Positions 26,184 to 35,687 of a stretch of 40,863 bases of DNA are shown here, piece after piece; position 1 is the stretch's first letter, and the number at the start of each line of letters is the position of its first letter. The notes below the pieces were generated by a model. The model did not search any database, was not told where the DNA came from, and saw only the letters and a program-made list of their open reading frames with translations. Made by a program: the position numbers and the translations under genes. Location: the IMG/VR virus record IMGVR_UViG_3300027571_000025, positions 1-40,863 of that record. One strand, written 5' to 3'. The DNA comes from a virus. Taxonomy: Duplodnaviria; Caudoviricetes.

Positions 26184-29100
26184 ATGCCTTTAGACTATAA
26201 CGAATTTGCTGAGAAAATAAAAGCTAAGTATCCAGAGTATAAGGATGTAGATAATTATACTCTAGCATCTAAAATGGTAGAAAAATATCCTGAGTATGCT
26301 CCGCAAGTTGATTTAAAAAAAAAAGACCCAACAGCTGGGGGGTCAGCTTCGGGAACTGGTTCATCGGCATCATCAGACGTTGAGATCTTTACTGGATACC
26401 CTGGCAAAGAAGAGAAGCCATACAAGTATAAGAATGGCAAGTGGTATGAAGAGTCTGGCGTAAAAATATACGGCCAAAAGGAAGCTCAGTATGCTCAAAT
26501 TACTGACCCAAATCGCATTAAAAATCTAAACCGTCAGTTTAAGAAAGACGCTTCTGTTTCTCAAGAGCAGCAGATCTACACCAACTACGATGAAGAAAAG
26601 AAGGATAATCTTTATAGAATAGAAAATGGCAGATGGCAACGACAAACACCTGGAAGTAAATGGCATACCATTGAGAACGAAGGGTCTATTAATGCGTTAA
26701 ACAAGAGGTACGGCAAGTCTGTTAGCGCAAGGACTACAACCACAACAACAGCTAAGCCAAAAGAATTTAAAGATATTAACTCTAATCTTGTCGCTAAGAC
26801 AGAAGAAAGTGCTATTGAGTACCTAACTAAGAACTACTCTAAGTATGGTTTCGAGTTTAGCCAAGAAGGTGCATTCTTTATTGACCAAATTAAAGTTAAG
26901 ACTAAAGACGGCCGTAAAGAAGAAACGTTTGAGTTTGATTCAAAAGATCCAAAAGAAGCAGATAGATTACGTAATTTCTTGCAGCAAAATGCAAGCAAGG
27001 AGTATAGTGAGTCATATAATAAATCACTACAGTATCTAAACAAACCTGTTGGAGAGAATAAGGTCAAGACTGGTATGGGTATGGGTACCGGTCAATATGG
27101 CTATGAGGTTCAGTCAGCAAATGCTAGAGGTAAGAATATGAACTCTTCCCAGTTCCAAGCTGAATTCAAGAAGCTATCTTTTGAAGAGCAGAAAGACTTA
27201 ATCGAGAATGAAATTATTGGGATGAAGATTCCAACAACCTATCTTCAAAATTTCTATAAGAGCCCTGCATATCAAGATTATAAAAAGAAAAAAGTATCTG
27301 GAGACAAGACAACAGAACAGACAATAAATGTTTTGTATGATAGGCTTAACTATGCTAAAGCATCGAAAGATCCTGCTAAAATTAGAGAGGCCCAAAATAA
27401 TATCAATAGCTATCTTACAGATGAGGTTATTCAAGATAATGTCAAGCAATACGACATGAGGCTTAATGATCTACAGGGATCAGTTAATTCATATAAGGCT
27501 GATGTTAAAAAGTATGAATCAGAGGTTGCCAAGTTAAATCAATTAGCTCAGTCTGGTAATATAACTCAAGAGGAATACGATGCTCAAAAATCATTGCTTG
27601 AAGACAGAGCCGAATCTATACAAAGTAGAGCTCAAGAGATTGAGATGGAGAGAGACCAAATCATCGCGTCTAAAAATAAATTAAACGTAGTAGCAGGTAA
27701 ATATATTGCAGCTAAAGAGAAGGAGGGTAATATCCTTGGCTTCTCATTAAATAAAGTTTTGTCAGGTGTATCAATGACATTTGTTGAGCCATTTGCAAAC
27801 TTAGAGGCGCTTGGAAGAGCAAAGTACGATGAGCTTTCTCCTGAAGAAAAGGCATACTATAAGAGCATAAAGTACAATGGAAAGAATCTAACTAGAGATC
27901 AGATTGAAAACTACCTTGATAACCAAGCTATTTTAAAAGCCAAAAAAGAATCAAAAGAGGCGATTATTAAAGCTGTTGGTGCTGAAGGAACTACACTTGA
28001 GTACATGAGCTCATCAGATCGCGGATTTTTTACACAAGCCATTGGTGGTGTTCTTGAATCTTTACCTGCTATGGCAACAGGTGTATTTGGTAAGGCAGCT
28101 AGTTTTACAGGATTAGCAGCACAGGCATATAGTGGTATTGAGGAGGAAATGCTTAGCGATAAGGACTTTCAGTACAGCTCAGTATTAGATAGAGCTCTTA
28201 TTGCTGTACCATATGCAGCTGCTATGGGTGCGCTTGAGAATATTGGTCTTAGCAACATGATTAAAGCTGACTCTTATGGAGGTAAAGTTCTAATGGGTAT
28301 TGCATTAAAAGCAGCTGAAAAAGTAGGCGGTAAAGCAACCAAAGAAACACTAGAGAAAATTGCAACCAAAGAGATAGAGAATATGGTTGCAAAAGGCGCA
28401 ATCAAAATCACACAGGCAGGTCTTGCTGAGTTTGAAACTGGTGCCACACAGGCATTGGTTTTAGATCAGGGATGGAAGAATGTTGCCAACTGGTGGATGA
28501 CAAAAAATCTTACAGAAGAAGAAAAGAAGAAGTTAACAAACAATGAATTCTTTGATACAGCTGATGGATTTAAGCAAACAGTTTCTCAAGTATTTGAAGA
28601 TGGAGTTGCTGAAATGATTGGCGGTGTCGTTATGGGCTCCGTCGGTGTGGTTGCACAAAGACTAATGAATGGAAACATATCTTTATATAATGAAGATGAT
28701 GTTAAGTTCTTAAATACTATTGCCACAGATACAGAGTTTAAAAAACTAATGGTTGCCAACCTTAAAGCTAAGATGATTAATGGCGATCTAACAAAATCAC
28801 AGGCTCAAGAGCAATTAGATGCTGTCAATAAGATTGATGGAATAATGTCTAAGATGCCAAAAGAACTTTCAGACAGAGATAGAATGAATGCGTTCAATCT
28901 TATTGTTGAGAGAGATAGATTACAGCAGGAAATAGATAAAAGCGACCCTGCACTCGTTACTGCTCAAAAGGAGCGTGTCGCTGAAATTAATAACCAATTA
29001 GATAAAATAAGCAAAGATGCCGTTCAAAAGCAAACAACAAGTGAAGTACCTGTACAGCCAGGAGCCGAAAGTGGCGGAGAAATGGCGCAAGGAGAACCCG

Positions 29101-32100
29101 AAGCAGGACCTCAAGAAGTTACCCAAGAAGGTGAGCAAGAAGAAATAGTAGACTTACCTCCCACTCAAAATGTTGGTGTATTAATTACGCCAGCTACTGT
29201 TAGAAATTTTAGTGAGGAAACTGGAAGGTTAAAAGAACTGTCTTTAGAGTATGATACACTTGTAAAAGAATATTCAGAAACTAAAAATCCAGAAACATGG
29301 GCTAAAGTAAAACAAATAGAATCTGAAATATTAGATAATGCTCAAAAAGAGATAGAAGCTGATGTAGCAAAAATGCCTGGCATTGAAGTTGAGTTTGGTA
29401 AACCAAGGATGGGTTTATGGGATGGTAAATTTGAGCCATCTTTTAACATGAACTTAAAAATATCAGAAGGTTCAGATACTGCCGCAACTAGCGATATGTT
29501 AATCAATTTTGCTGAAAAATATTCTCAAGATGCTTTTATCTTAGAGACTAACTCAGACTTAGATTCGGAAGTTTCAAATAATAATATTGATGTACCTTAT
29601 ACTGAATTTGATGGTGATGGTATGATGCATTATCCACAAATTAGTTATACATTTGTAAATAATTTATCTGACCAACAGATTGCCGACCTATCAAACAAGC
29701 TTCAAGAGTCTGGAATAACCGCATTTAGTTTAAATGATCAAGAGCTTAAAATATCAGTAATAACCTTCTTAGAAGATAATTTATCAGAAGATGAACAATT
29801 CACAAGAAAAGAACAAGAATTCAGAGACAAACTCGACAAATCAGCAGACTCCATTGAGAACGTACTCGGAGATAATGGAGTATATGAGCAAGAGGTCACT
29901 ATCAAAAGGTCCTCTTACCAAGGAGCTAAAAACGAAGGCAGCTCAGACCAAACGAGACAATACGATAGAGGTGACGTTCTTAAGTCAATCTCGAAAAAAG
30001 AACAATCAGTAGCTGAGTTATCTCAAAAACTTTCAAAAGGAAGAATCTTAACAGCAGATACTAAAGATGCGACCAATCTACAAAAAGCACTTGACGCATT
30101 AGATAAGATTGAAAAAGACCTTGACCAATTCGGCAAAGAAACTCTAGGTGTAAACATTCCGGTTGCATTAGCCAAGACAATTATCAAAGCAGTCAAAGCG
30201 CTTGTTAAGGCAGGTGTATCACTTGAGCAAGCAATCAAACAAGTTGCCGCTGATAACAACCTATCTGAAAGAGAGGTTAGCTCACTACTTAAGCCAACAA
30301 AAGTATCTGAGATCGACGTTAATGAAGTTCGATCAAAAGCTCGTCCGGGTAAAAGAGTGTCCAAAGGATTGTCTGTTAAAACGGTAGCTGGTAAGAAAGT
30401 AGTTGAAGAAACTGAAGACTTATCTTTGGAATATGTAAAAGAGAATGCACCAAAGGTATTTATATCTAACGCCAATATCATTGCTAAATATCCATTGGTT
30501 GCAGGTAAGCAAAAATTCAAAACAGCAACAACAGTTGAACAAGCTCAAGAGATATACGATGTATTTGTTAGAGAAGTAGCTGATAACCTTAACTACTTGA
30601 TGAATGAGTTCAAGCCTGAATACAGAGATATCTCAACTCTTTGGTATGATGGAGCGAATGCCATTGCTAATGATTTTGCTGAGCAGTTTGACGTATCACC
30701 TGAACAAGCTGCCGGAATTATCGCAGCCATGTCCCCTCAAAAGGATTGGTATCAAAATGTTAGATTAGCTGAGATGGTATTGATGGCCTACAAAGATAAT
30801 CCTGCATTGAGTCAAGAAATGATTGACTATCAGAAGGGTATAAGTAAAACAGGTCTTTATGATGGAGCCACATCCCCCGGTAAAAAATTAAAGAAGGCTG
30901 AGAAAGCTTATAAGGAGTCTAGAACTAAAGCAAATAAAGAAGTTTTAGATAAAGCCAAGGTTAATATGCAGGAAGCTATTGATAAAGCTGATGCATTAAT
31001 TGCAATGCTTAAAAAGTATATTGGTAAAAACCTAAATGATGTACCTGCATTTGTTCAACCATATATGGTTAGAACATACCATGAAGTAAATACTTCCAAG
31101 GACTATAACATTGTAGCTCCTGATGGTAGCGTTCAAGGTGTCGCTAAAAAGAAAGATGGATCAAATGCAAAAGTTGCATGGGGATCTTATGTCGAGATTG
31201 GAAAAGCTGTAGCCATTAAAAATGACGGAAGCCAGGCGAATATCACGAGATCTTTAGGAGAGATGCATAAAATCAGAAACTTCTATAACAATATCATCGA
31301 TCCAATGAGTAATGATGGTGATGTTACTATGGATACTCATGCGATTGCAGCTGCATTATTACTTCCTTTATCAGGTGGCTCAGTTCAGGTTACTCAAAAT
31401 TTTGGAGGCAAAGGCACTGCTGCTTCAGATGCATTTGGAATTAAAGGTTTATATTATGCCTATGCAGACGCATATGCTTTAGCTGCTAAAGAGGCAGGAT
31501 TATTACCAAGACAAGTACAAAGTATTACCTGGGAAGCTGTGCGTGGTTTATACACAGATACTTTTAAAAGAGATAATGAAGAAGTAGCAAAAATTAATAA
31601 TATTTGGAAAGATTATCAAGATGGAAAAATTACAATCGATGAAGCAAGAGAACAAGCCAAACAATCAGCCGGTGGAATCAAAGATCCAACCTGGGCAGGA
31701 CCTGTTCAAGAAGAGCTTGGAGATGGCACTGGGCAGGAAGGTGTCAACAGAAGAGGTAAAGGAGATGAACGAGATACTGTCGGGGGGACCGATGGAGGAG
31801 GAATTCTAAATGCCGACACTAAGAATCCAACTGTATTAAGAAAGGCAGAAAGCATACTAAATAAAGCTGACGATGATCTAGCTAAGTTTGGTAGAGAAAC
31901 ACTTGGTATCAATATACCAGTGGCTACAATGAGAGCTATTATTAAATTAGCAAAAGCTTTAGTTAAGACAGGTATAACGTTACAAGAAGCCATTATAAAA
32001 GCAGCTGAACAGAAAAATGTATCCGCTCAAGATGCCTTGAATGCGATTATGTTTATGTCTGAGACAATCAAACAACCTATCAAAAAAGTAGTTGTTAATG

Positions 32101-35100
32101 AAATGGCCGCACTTAAGTCACAAATCAGACTTGAAGCAAAAGCAGCGCGCGAAGCCAAGGGTGATCTAAATGCCAAACGTAAGGCATTAGTTTTAGCTAT
32201 ATCAGCAATGGTTAAGGATGGAAAAATATCTACTCGCCAATCAAAGTCAATCATCAATAAGGTTGGTAAGGTAAACCTTGACAACCCGGTTATGGTTGAG
32301 CGTTTGATCAATTATGCTGAGAAGGTATTCCAAAGAGCTGACTACCAAGAAAGACTTTCTGAAGCATCAAAGATTAGAAAATCAATCAGACGTGCATTAA
32401 AGTCTAAAGAACTTCAGGCTGAGGTTGCTGGGATGGCTAAGATGTTTACTAAGGTTGATCCTTTCTTAGTTGAAGATATTGATCAATACATATCAAACGC
32501 AGAAAACGTTCTAAATGCAGTTAGACCAGTAAGAGGTTTAGAGGTTGCAATTAGACAGGCAGCAGACATTGCAGCCATTAATGAGTTTGTTACAGAACAG
32601 ATCGAGCTTCAAGAAAAGAACAAGAAGGCTGAGCTAATGGCTGTACATAACTATTTAGTTGAGTCAGGAGCCATTACTGAGGATATGACTTCTAAAGAGA
32701 TGCAGGAAATCATTGATATCATTAACACTAAAGAAGATGAGATTAACGATCCGGAAAAGAAGATGAACTTCTTGAAAAATCGTTTTGAGTTCATGTCCGG
32801 TATTATACAGAAGATGATTGTGAACAATGAAGATCCTTTCACAGAGGAGTCACTTGACCTAAATGATAGGCAAAAAGAATTGATGCGCCAGTTGTTAAAG
32901 ATTGACATGGATAGATTGTCAGTTAAACAGGTAGCATTAGTTCTTGAGGCTATGGACAACTTCATGAATAATGGAATTACAAGTGGACTTGAGGCAGTTA
33001 TAAATAACTATGAAGGGACATTTAATGCTGATAGATTAGCTTCTGCAGGAAAGAGAGCAAGACAATTATCAATGTATTTTAATAAGCACATTGGTAGAAT
33101 TTTTGGAGAGCAGGTAGTATCATTACCATTGTTAATAGAGCGAATGTTTCGAGGAGTGGAAAATACAACAGCTTTTATCAAAGGAATGGGATTGAATGAT
33201 TTAATGAGAGGATCAGCAAAAGCAGATTATGACCATAAGCAATTAGTTAAACAATATTCAGAACAAGATTTCTATAAGAATAAGAAATTTATGGATGCAA
33301 AGAATGTATACGAGAGAGGTATGCTTGCATTCTTAAATAGAAATCTAATAGGAACTGAAACAGAAAGAAGAAATGAATTCCTCAGACGTATTAATATTCT
33401 CGAAGAATCTATTAAAGCTCTAGAATATGGAACTAATGAAGAGTCTAAGATGGCTGAAGTATACCAAGAAGTATACGACAAATTAAAGGTTTCAGAAAAA
33501 GACTTAGACGTTATTAAAGCAAACGCTGAGAAAATGAATTTAGAGGCGGTTGAATGGATAACTAATCAATGGGCCTCTAAATACAGCCAATTATATGATG
33601 TAAGTTTATCTGTATACAACTCAATTCTTGGTAGCGATACCAACTATACACCTGATAGATTAAAATTACTAGATGGATCTAATGTAGAATTAGGTGAAGA
33701 TGTATTAAGTAAAGGTGGTGCATTTATGTCTTCAATTGAATACGTAGACAAAAATAAATCAGGTGTGCTAATAGAAAGCACTAGACCAAAGACTTTGCCT
33801 AAAGATAGATTTGTAAGTCTAGACTTTGATGCCAATAATTTTAGAAGCCTAAAAGCTGCAATGATTGACATTGAAACTGCTGCTGCAATTAGAAAGATTG
33901 ATGGGTTTATATCATCAGATGGCTTCAAGAAAATGATAAAGAGCGGTGATGATAGAAAATTACTTCAGCGCAGATTAACTTCATATATAAAGAAAGTCAA
34001 AGGTAAAGAGTCTTTTGATAGAGATACATTAAACGATGTAAGTAGACTTGCAAACTTCTTTGCTACTCTTGGTGTTGGTAAAGCACTAGGTGGATTAGAT
34101 CAACCTATTAAACAGGTAGCTCCTGTTATCATCAACACCTTGGCAAACGCTGGAAGATTTACTCCTGTGAATGCTGAGATGAATGAGGCTATTAACAGAA
34201 GTGGAATGGCTATTGCAAATAGAGGTCTAGAATCTATAACTGCTGTTGAGTCAATTGACTCTACTCTAGAGAAAAGTGTAGGTTTAGGTAAAAAAGTAGT
34301 TAGAGGTGTAGAAGATTTAAGCCAAATGTACATGAAGGCTTTTATATCTAAGCCAGATGTATGGGTAGCAAGGTCTTCTTTTATTACCTATTATCAACAA
34401 TACTTACGTCAAAATGGAATGTCCACTGATATTGATTGGAAAGATCACCAGTGGAATCAAGAAGCAATGGATTACGCACAGATGATGGTTGACCGTCAAC
34501 AAAACATTTCAGATGATAAACTTGCCGGTAAATTATTGTCTAGTCCTCAACCAGGTGCTGTTATATTTAGAAAGGTAATGTTGCCATTTGCTACATTCAT
34601 TCTTAACCAGAAGTCTCGTATGTATAATGACTTCATTACATTATTTGGTAGTGGAATATCAACTCAAGATAGAGTAAAAGCTGGCAAGTCAATAGGAGGA
34701 TTAGCTGGTGAGATGATTACATACCACGCACTTGCTTACTTTATTAGAACAATGGGTTATGACTTTTTTGCTGAAATGTATGCAGGTGTTGATGATGAAG
34801 AGGAGGAAAAAGATCGTAGATTTATATTAGGAAAAACAACTAGAAAGAAGTGGAATGCTACAAAATTCCCTGTTAAGAGTTTTTTAACTGACTTACTATC
34901 GCCATTCCCTTTAATAGGAGACGATATCATAGCTGAATCTTTTGATTTTGCAATGTCTTTCTACCCTATCATAACTAAAGAAGACATAGACCAAGCTATT
35001 GCTGATAAAAATGCAACACTTGTATTAAGAGGTGGAGAACCAATGAATGAAAAGCAAGAAGCTAAGTTTGTTGAAAAGCTAAAAGAAGCTAATACATATT

Positions 35101-35687
35101 CTGTTAACAGTTTCAAAAATAAGAAATGGGCTGACTCTTATGGTGTGCCAGGTATTGCATTTGATACATACAAAGAATTGTTTGATCTAGGTAAGATGGC
35201 TACTACTGGTGAATTTACAGAGAGTTCAGATTATGGAACAAAGACAAAGTATCTTACTAAAGAAGGTCAAGATCTTACAAGAGAAATGATCTTGCCAATG
35301 GTTTTATTTTCAACCGGTGTAGCACCTAAAGATTTAGGTACTGTTGCTAGAAAGGTTATTAATATAGCTAAGAAGAAATCTATCAGTCAAAATAAGCATG
35401 AGAACATAGGACTTCTTAAAGAAGAACTTGGCCGTCAACCAAAAGAGTGGGAGAAAAACCTAGTCATAAAGACTGACAAACGTATGACTGGTCTTGTTGA
35501 TGCAATTAATTTTGCAGATAGACATGCTAAGCTAACTCCTGAACAAGGTGAGGAATATGTAAAGGTTATTGAGCAATACAATGACTATGACTTCTATATC
35601 TTAAAAGCTCTAGAAAAAAACATAAAGGCTGAAGATATAATAAAGTCAATTAAAGAGACAGGTAATACTAGAAACCTATTAGATTAA
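26184..35687 (+). CDS. Giant multidomain (polyvalent-type) internal virion/ejection protein, 3167 aa
   Basis: Single long ORF ending the late operon; Gly/Ala-rich membrane-like segment around 28000-28660, enzyme-like central domains, helical C-terminal region. Confidence 0.8.
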   Translation: MPLDYNEFAEKIKAKYPEYKDVDNYTLASKMVEKYPEYAPQVDLKKKDPTAGGSASGTGSSASSDVEIFTGYPGKEEKPYKYKNGKWYEESGVKIYGQKEAQYAQITDPNRIKNLNRQFKKDASVSQEQQIYTNYDEEKKDNLYRIENGRWQRQTPGSKWHTIENEGSINALNKRYGKSVSARTTTTTTAKPKEFKDINSNLVAKTEESAIEYLTKNYSKYGFEFSQEGAFFIDQIKVKTKDGRKEETFEFDSKDPKEADRLRNFLQQNASKEYSESYNKSLQYLNKPVGENKVKTGMGMGTGQYGYEVQSANARGKNMNSSQFQAEFKKLSFEEQKDLIENEIIGMKIPTTYLQNFYKSPAYQDYKKKKVSGDKTTEQTINVLYDRLNYAKASKDPAKIREAQNNINSYLTDEVIQDNVKQYDMRLNDLQGSVNSYKADVKKYESEVAKLNQLAQSGNITQEEYDAQKSLLEDRAESIQSRAQEIEMERDQIIASKNKLNVVAGKYIAAKEKEGNILGFSLNKVLSGVSMTFVEPFANLEALGRAKYDELSPEEKAYYKSIKYNGKNLTRDQIENYLDNQAILKAKKESKEAIIKAVGAEGTTLEYMSSSDRGFFTQAIGGVLESLPAMATGVFGKAASFTGLAAQAYSGIEEEMLSDKDFQYSSVLDRALIAVPYAAAMGALENIGLSNMIKADSYGGKVLMGIALKAAEKVGGKATKETLEKIATKEIENMVAKGAIKITQAGLAEFETGATQALVLDQGWKNVANWWMTKNLTEEEKKKLTNNEFFDTADGFKQTVSQVFEDGVAEMIGGVVMGSVGVVAQRLMNGNISLYNEDDVKFLNTIATDTEFKKLMVANLKAKMINGDLTKSQAQEQLDAVNKIDGIMSKMPKELSDRDRMNAFNLIVERDRLQQEIDKSDPALVTAQKERVAEINNQLDKISKDAVQKQTTSEVPVQPGAESGGEMAQGEPEAGPQEVTQEGEQEEIVDLPPTQNVGVLITPATVRNFSEETGRLKELSLEYDTLVKEYSETKNPETWAKVKQIESEILDNAQKEIEADVAKMPGIEVEFGKPRMGLWDGKFEPSFNMNLKISEGSDTAATSDMLINFAEKYSQDAFILETNSDLDSEVSNNNIDVPYTEFDGDGMMHYPQISYTFVNNLSDQQIADLSNKLQESGITAFSLNDQELKISVITFLEDNLSEDEQFTRKEQEFRDKLDKSADSIENVLGDNGVYEQEVTIKRSSYQGAKNEGSSDQTRQYDRGDVLKSISKKEQSVAELSQKLSKGRILTADTKDATNLQKALDALDKIEKDLDQFGKETLGVNIPVALAKTIIKAVKALVKAGVSLEQAIKQVAADNNLSEREVSSLLKPTKVSEIDVNEVRSKARPGKRVSKGLSVKTVAGKKVVEETEDLSLEYVKENAPKVFISNANIIAKYPLVAGKQKFKTATTVEQAQEIYDVFVREVADNLNYLMNEFKPEYRDISTLWYDGANAIANDFAEQFDVSPEQAAGIIAAMSPQKDWYQNVRLAEMVLMAYKDNPALSQEMIDYQKGISKTGLYDGATSPGKKLKKAEKAYKESRTKANKEVLDKAKVNMQEAIDKADALIAMLKKYIGKNLNDVPAFVQPYMVRTYHEVNTSKDYNIVAPDGSVQGVAKKKDGSNAKVAWGSYVEIGKAVAIKNDGSQANITRSLGEMHKIRNFYNNIIDPMSNDGDVTMDTHAIAAALLLPLSGGSVQVTQNFGGKGTAASDAFGIKGLYYAYADAYALAAKEAGLLPRQVQSITWEAVRGLYTDTFKRDNEEVAKINNIWKDYQDGKITIDEAREQAKQSAGGIKDPTWAGPVQEELGDGTGQEGVNRRGKGDERDTVGGTDGGGILNADTKNPTVLRKAESILNKADDDLAKFGRETLGINIPVATMRAIIKLAKALVKTGITLQEAIIKAAEQKNVSAQDALNAIMFMSETIKQPIKKVVVNEMAALKSQIRLEAKAAREAKGDLNAKRKALVLAISAMVKDGKISTRQSKSIINKVGKVNLDNPVMVERLINYAEKVFQRADYQERLSEASKIRKSIRRALKSKELQAEVAGMAKMFTKVDPFLVEDIDQYISNAENVLNAVRPVRGLEVAIRQAADIAAINEFVTEQIELQEKNKKAELMAVHNYLVESGAITEDMTSKEMQEIIDIINTKEDEINDPEKKMNFLKNRFEFMSGIIQKMIVNNEDPFTEESLDLNDRQKELMRQLLKIDMDRLSVKQVALVLEAMDNFMNNGITSGLEAVINNYEGTFNADRLASAGKRARQLSMYFNKHIGRIFGEQVVSLPLLIERMFRGVENTTAFIKGMGLNDLMRGSAKADYDHKQLVKQYSEQDFYKNKKFMDAKNVYERGMLAFLNRNLIGTETERRNEFLRRINILEESIKALEYGTNEESKMAEVYQEVYDKLKVSEKDLDVIKANAEKMNLEAVEWITNQWASKYSQLYDVSLSVYNSILGSDTNYTPDRLKLLDGSNVELGEDVLSKGGAFMSSIEYVDKNKSGVLIESTRPKTLPKDRFVSLDFDANNFRSLKAAMIDIETAAAIRKIDGFISSDGFKKMIKSGDDRKLLQRRLTSYIKKVKGKESFDRDTLNDVSRLANFFATLGVGKALGGLDQPIKQVAPVIINTLANAGRFTPVNAEMNEAINRSGMAIANRGLESITAVESIDSTLEKSVGLGKKVVRGVEDLSQMYMKAFISKPDVWVARSSFITYYQQYLRQNGMSTDIDWKDHQWNQEAMDYAQMMVDRQQNISDDKLAGKLLSSPQPGAVIFRKVMLPFATFILNQKSRMYNDFITLFGSGISTQDRVKAGKSIGGLAGEMITYHALAYFIRTMGYDFFAEMYAGVDDEEEEKDRRFILGKTTRKKWNATKFPVKSFLTDLLSPFPLIGDDIIAESFDFAMSFYPIITKEDIDQAIADKNATLVLRGGEPMNEKQEAKFVEKLKEANTYSVNSFKNKKWADSYGVPGIAFDTYKELFDLGKMATTGEFTESSDYGTKTKYLTKEGQDLTREMILPMVLFSTGVAPKDLGTVARKVINIAKKKSISQNKHENIGLLKEELGRQPKEWEKNLVIKTDKRMTGLVDAINFADRHAKLTPEQGEEYVKVIEQYNDYDFYILKALEKNIKAEDIIKSIKETGNTRNLLD
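29017..29148 (+). CDS. Nested +1-frame small basic protein, 43 aa (MPFKSKQQVKYLYSQEPKVAEKWRKENPKQDLKKLPKKVSKKK)
   Basis: ATG preceded by an A-rich tract; resembles a recurrent MPFKSxxQ...AxxW...LP family of small phage proteins (recalled); the main frame here is a low-complexity linker. Confidence 0.65.
   Translation: MPFKSKQQVKYLYSQEPKVAEKWRKENPKQDLKKLPKKVSKKK
30039..32024 (+). repeat. Diverged ~78-aa direct repeat in the giant protein (copies ~30039-30270 and ~31797-32024)
   Basis: GRILTADTKDATNLQKA...DLDQFGKETLGVNIPVA...KALVKAGVSLEQAI versus GGILNADTKNPTVLRKA...DLAKFGRETLGINIPVA...KALVKTGITLQEAI. Confidence 0.9.

Noticed and set aside
6402-27039. Other same-strand +1-frame ORFs (6402, 8924, 10636, 11334, 22536, 26845; likewise 30202)
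   Set aside because: Leu/Met/Val-rich shadow composition over structured main-frame sequence and no recognisable motif. They show that chance +1 ORFs occur, so only those over linker regions were kept.
281-34333. Many minus-strand ORFs of 60-165 aa antisense to late genes (e.g. 30023-30520, 20312-20686, 6398-6715)
   Set aside because: They lie fully opposite long, well-supported genes and have the S/L/I/F-rich composition of shadow frames.
26184-35687. Virion RNA polymerase as in crAss-like or N4-like phages
   Set aside because: No DxDxD (DFDID-type) catalytic motif or single-subunit RNAP motifs were seen; LDFDANN is not a match. The promoters look host-type.
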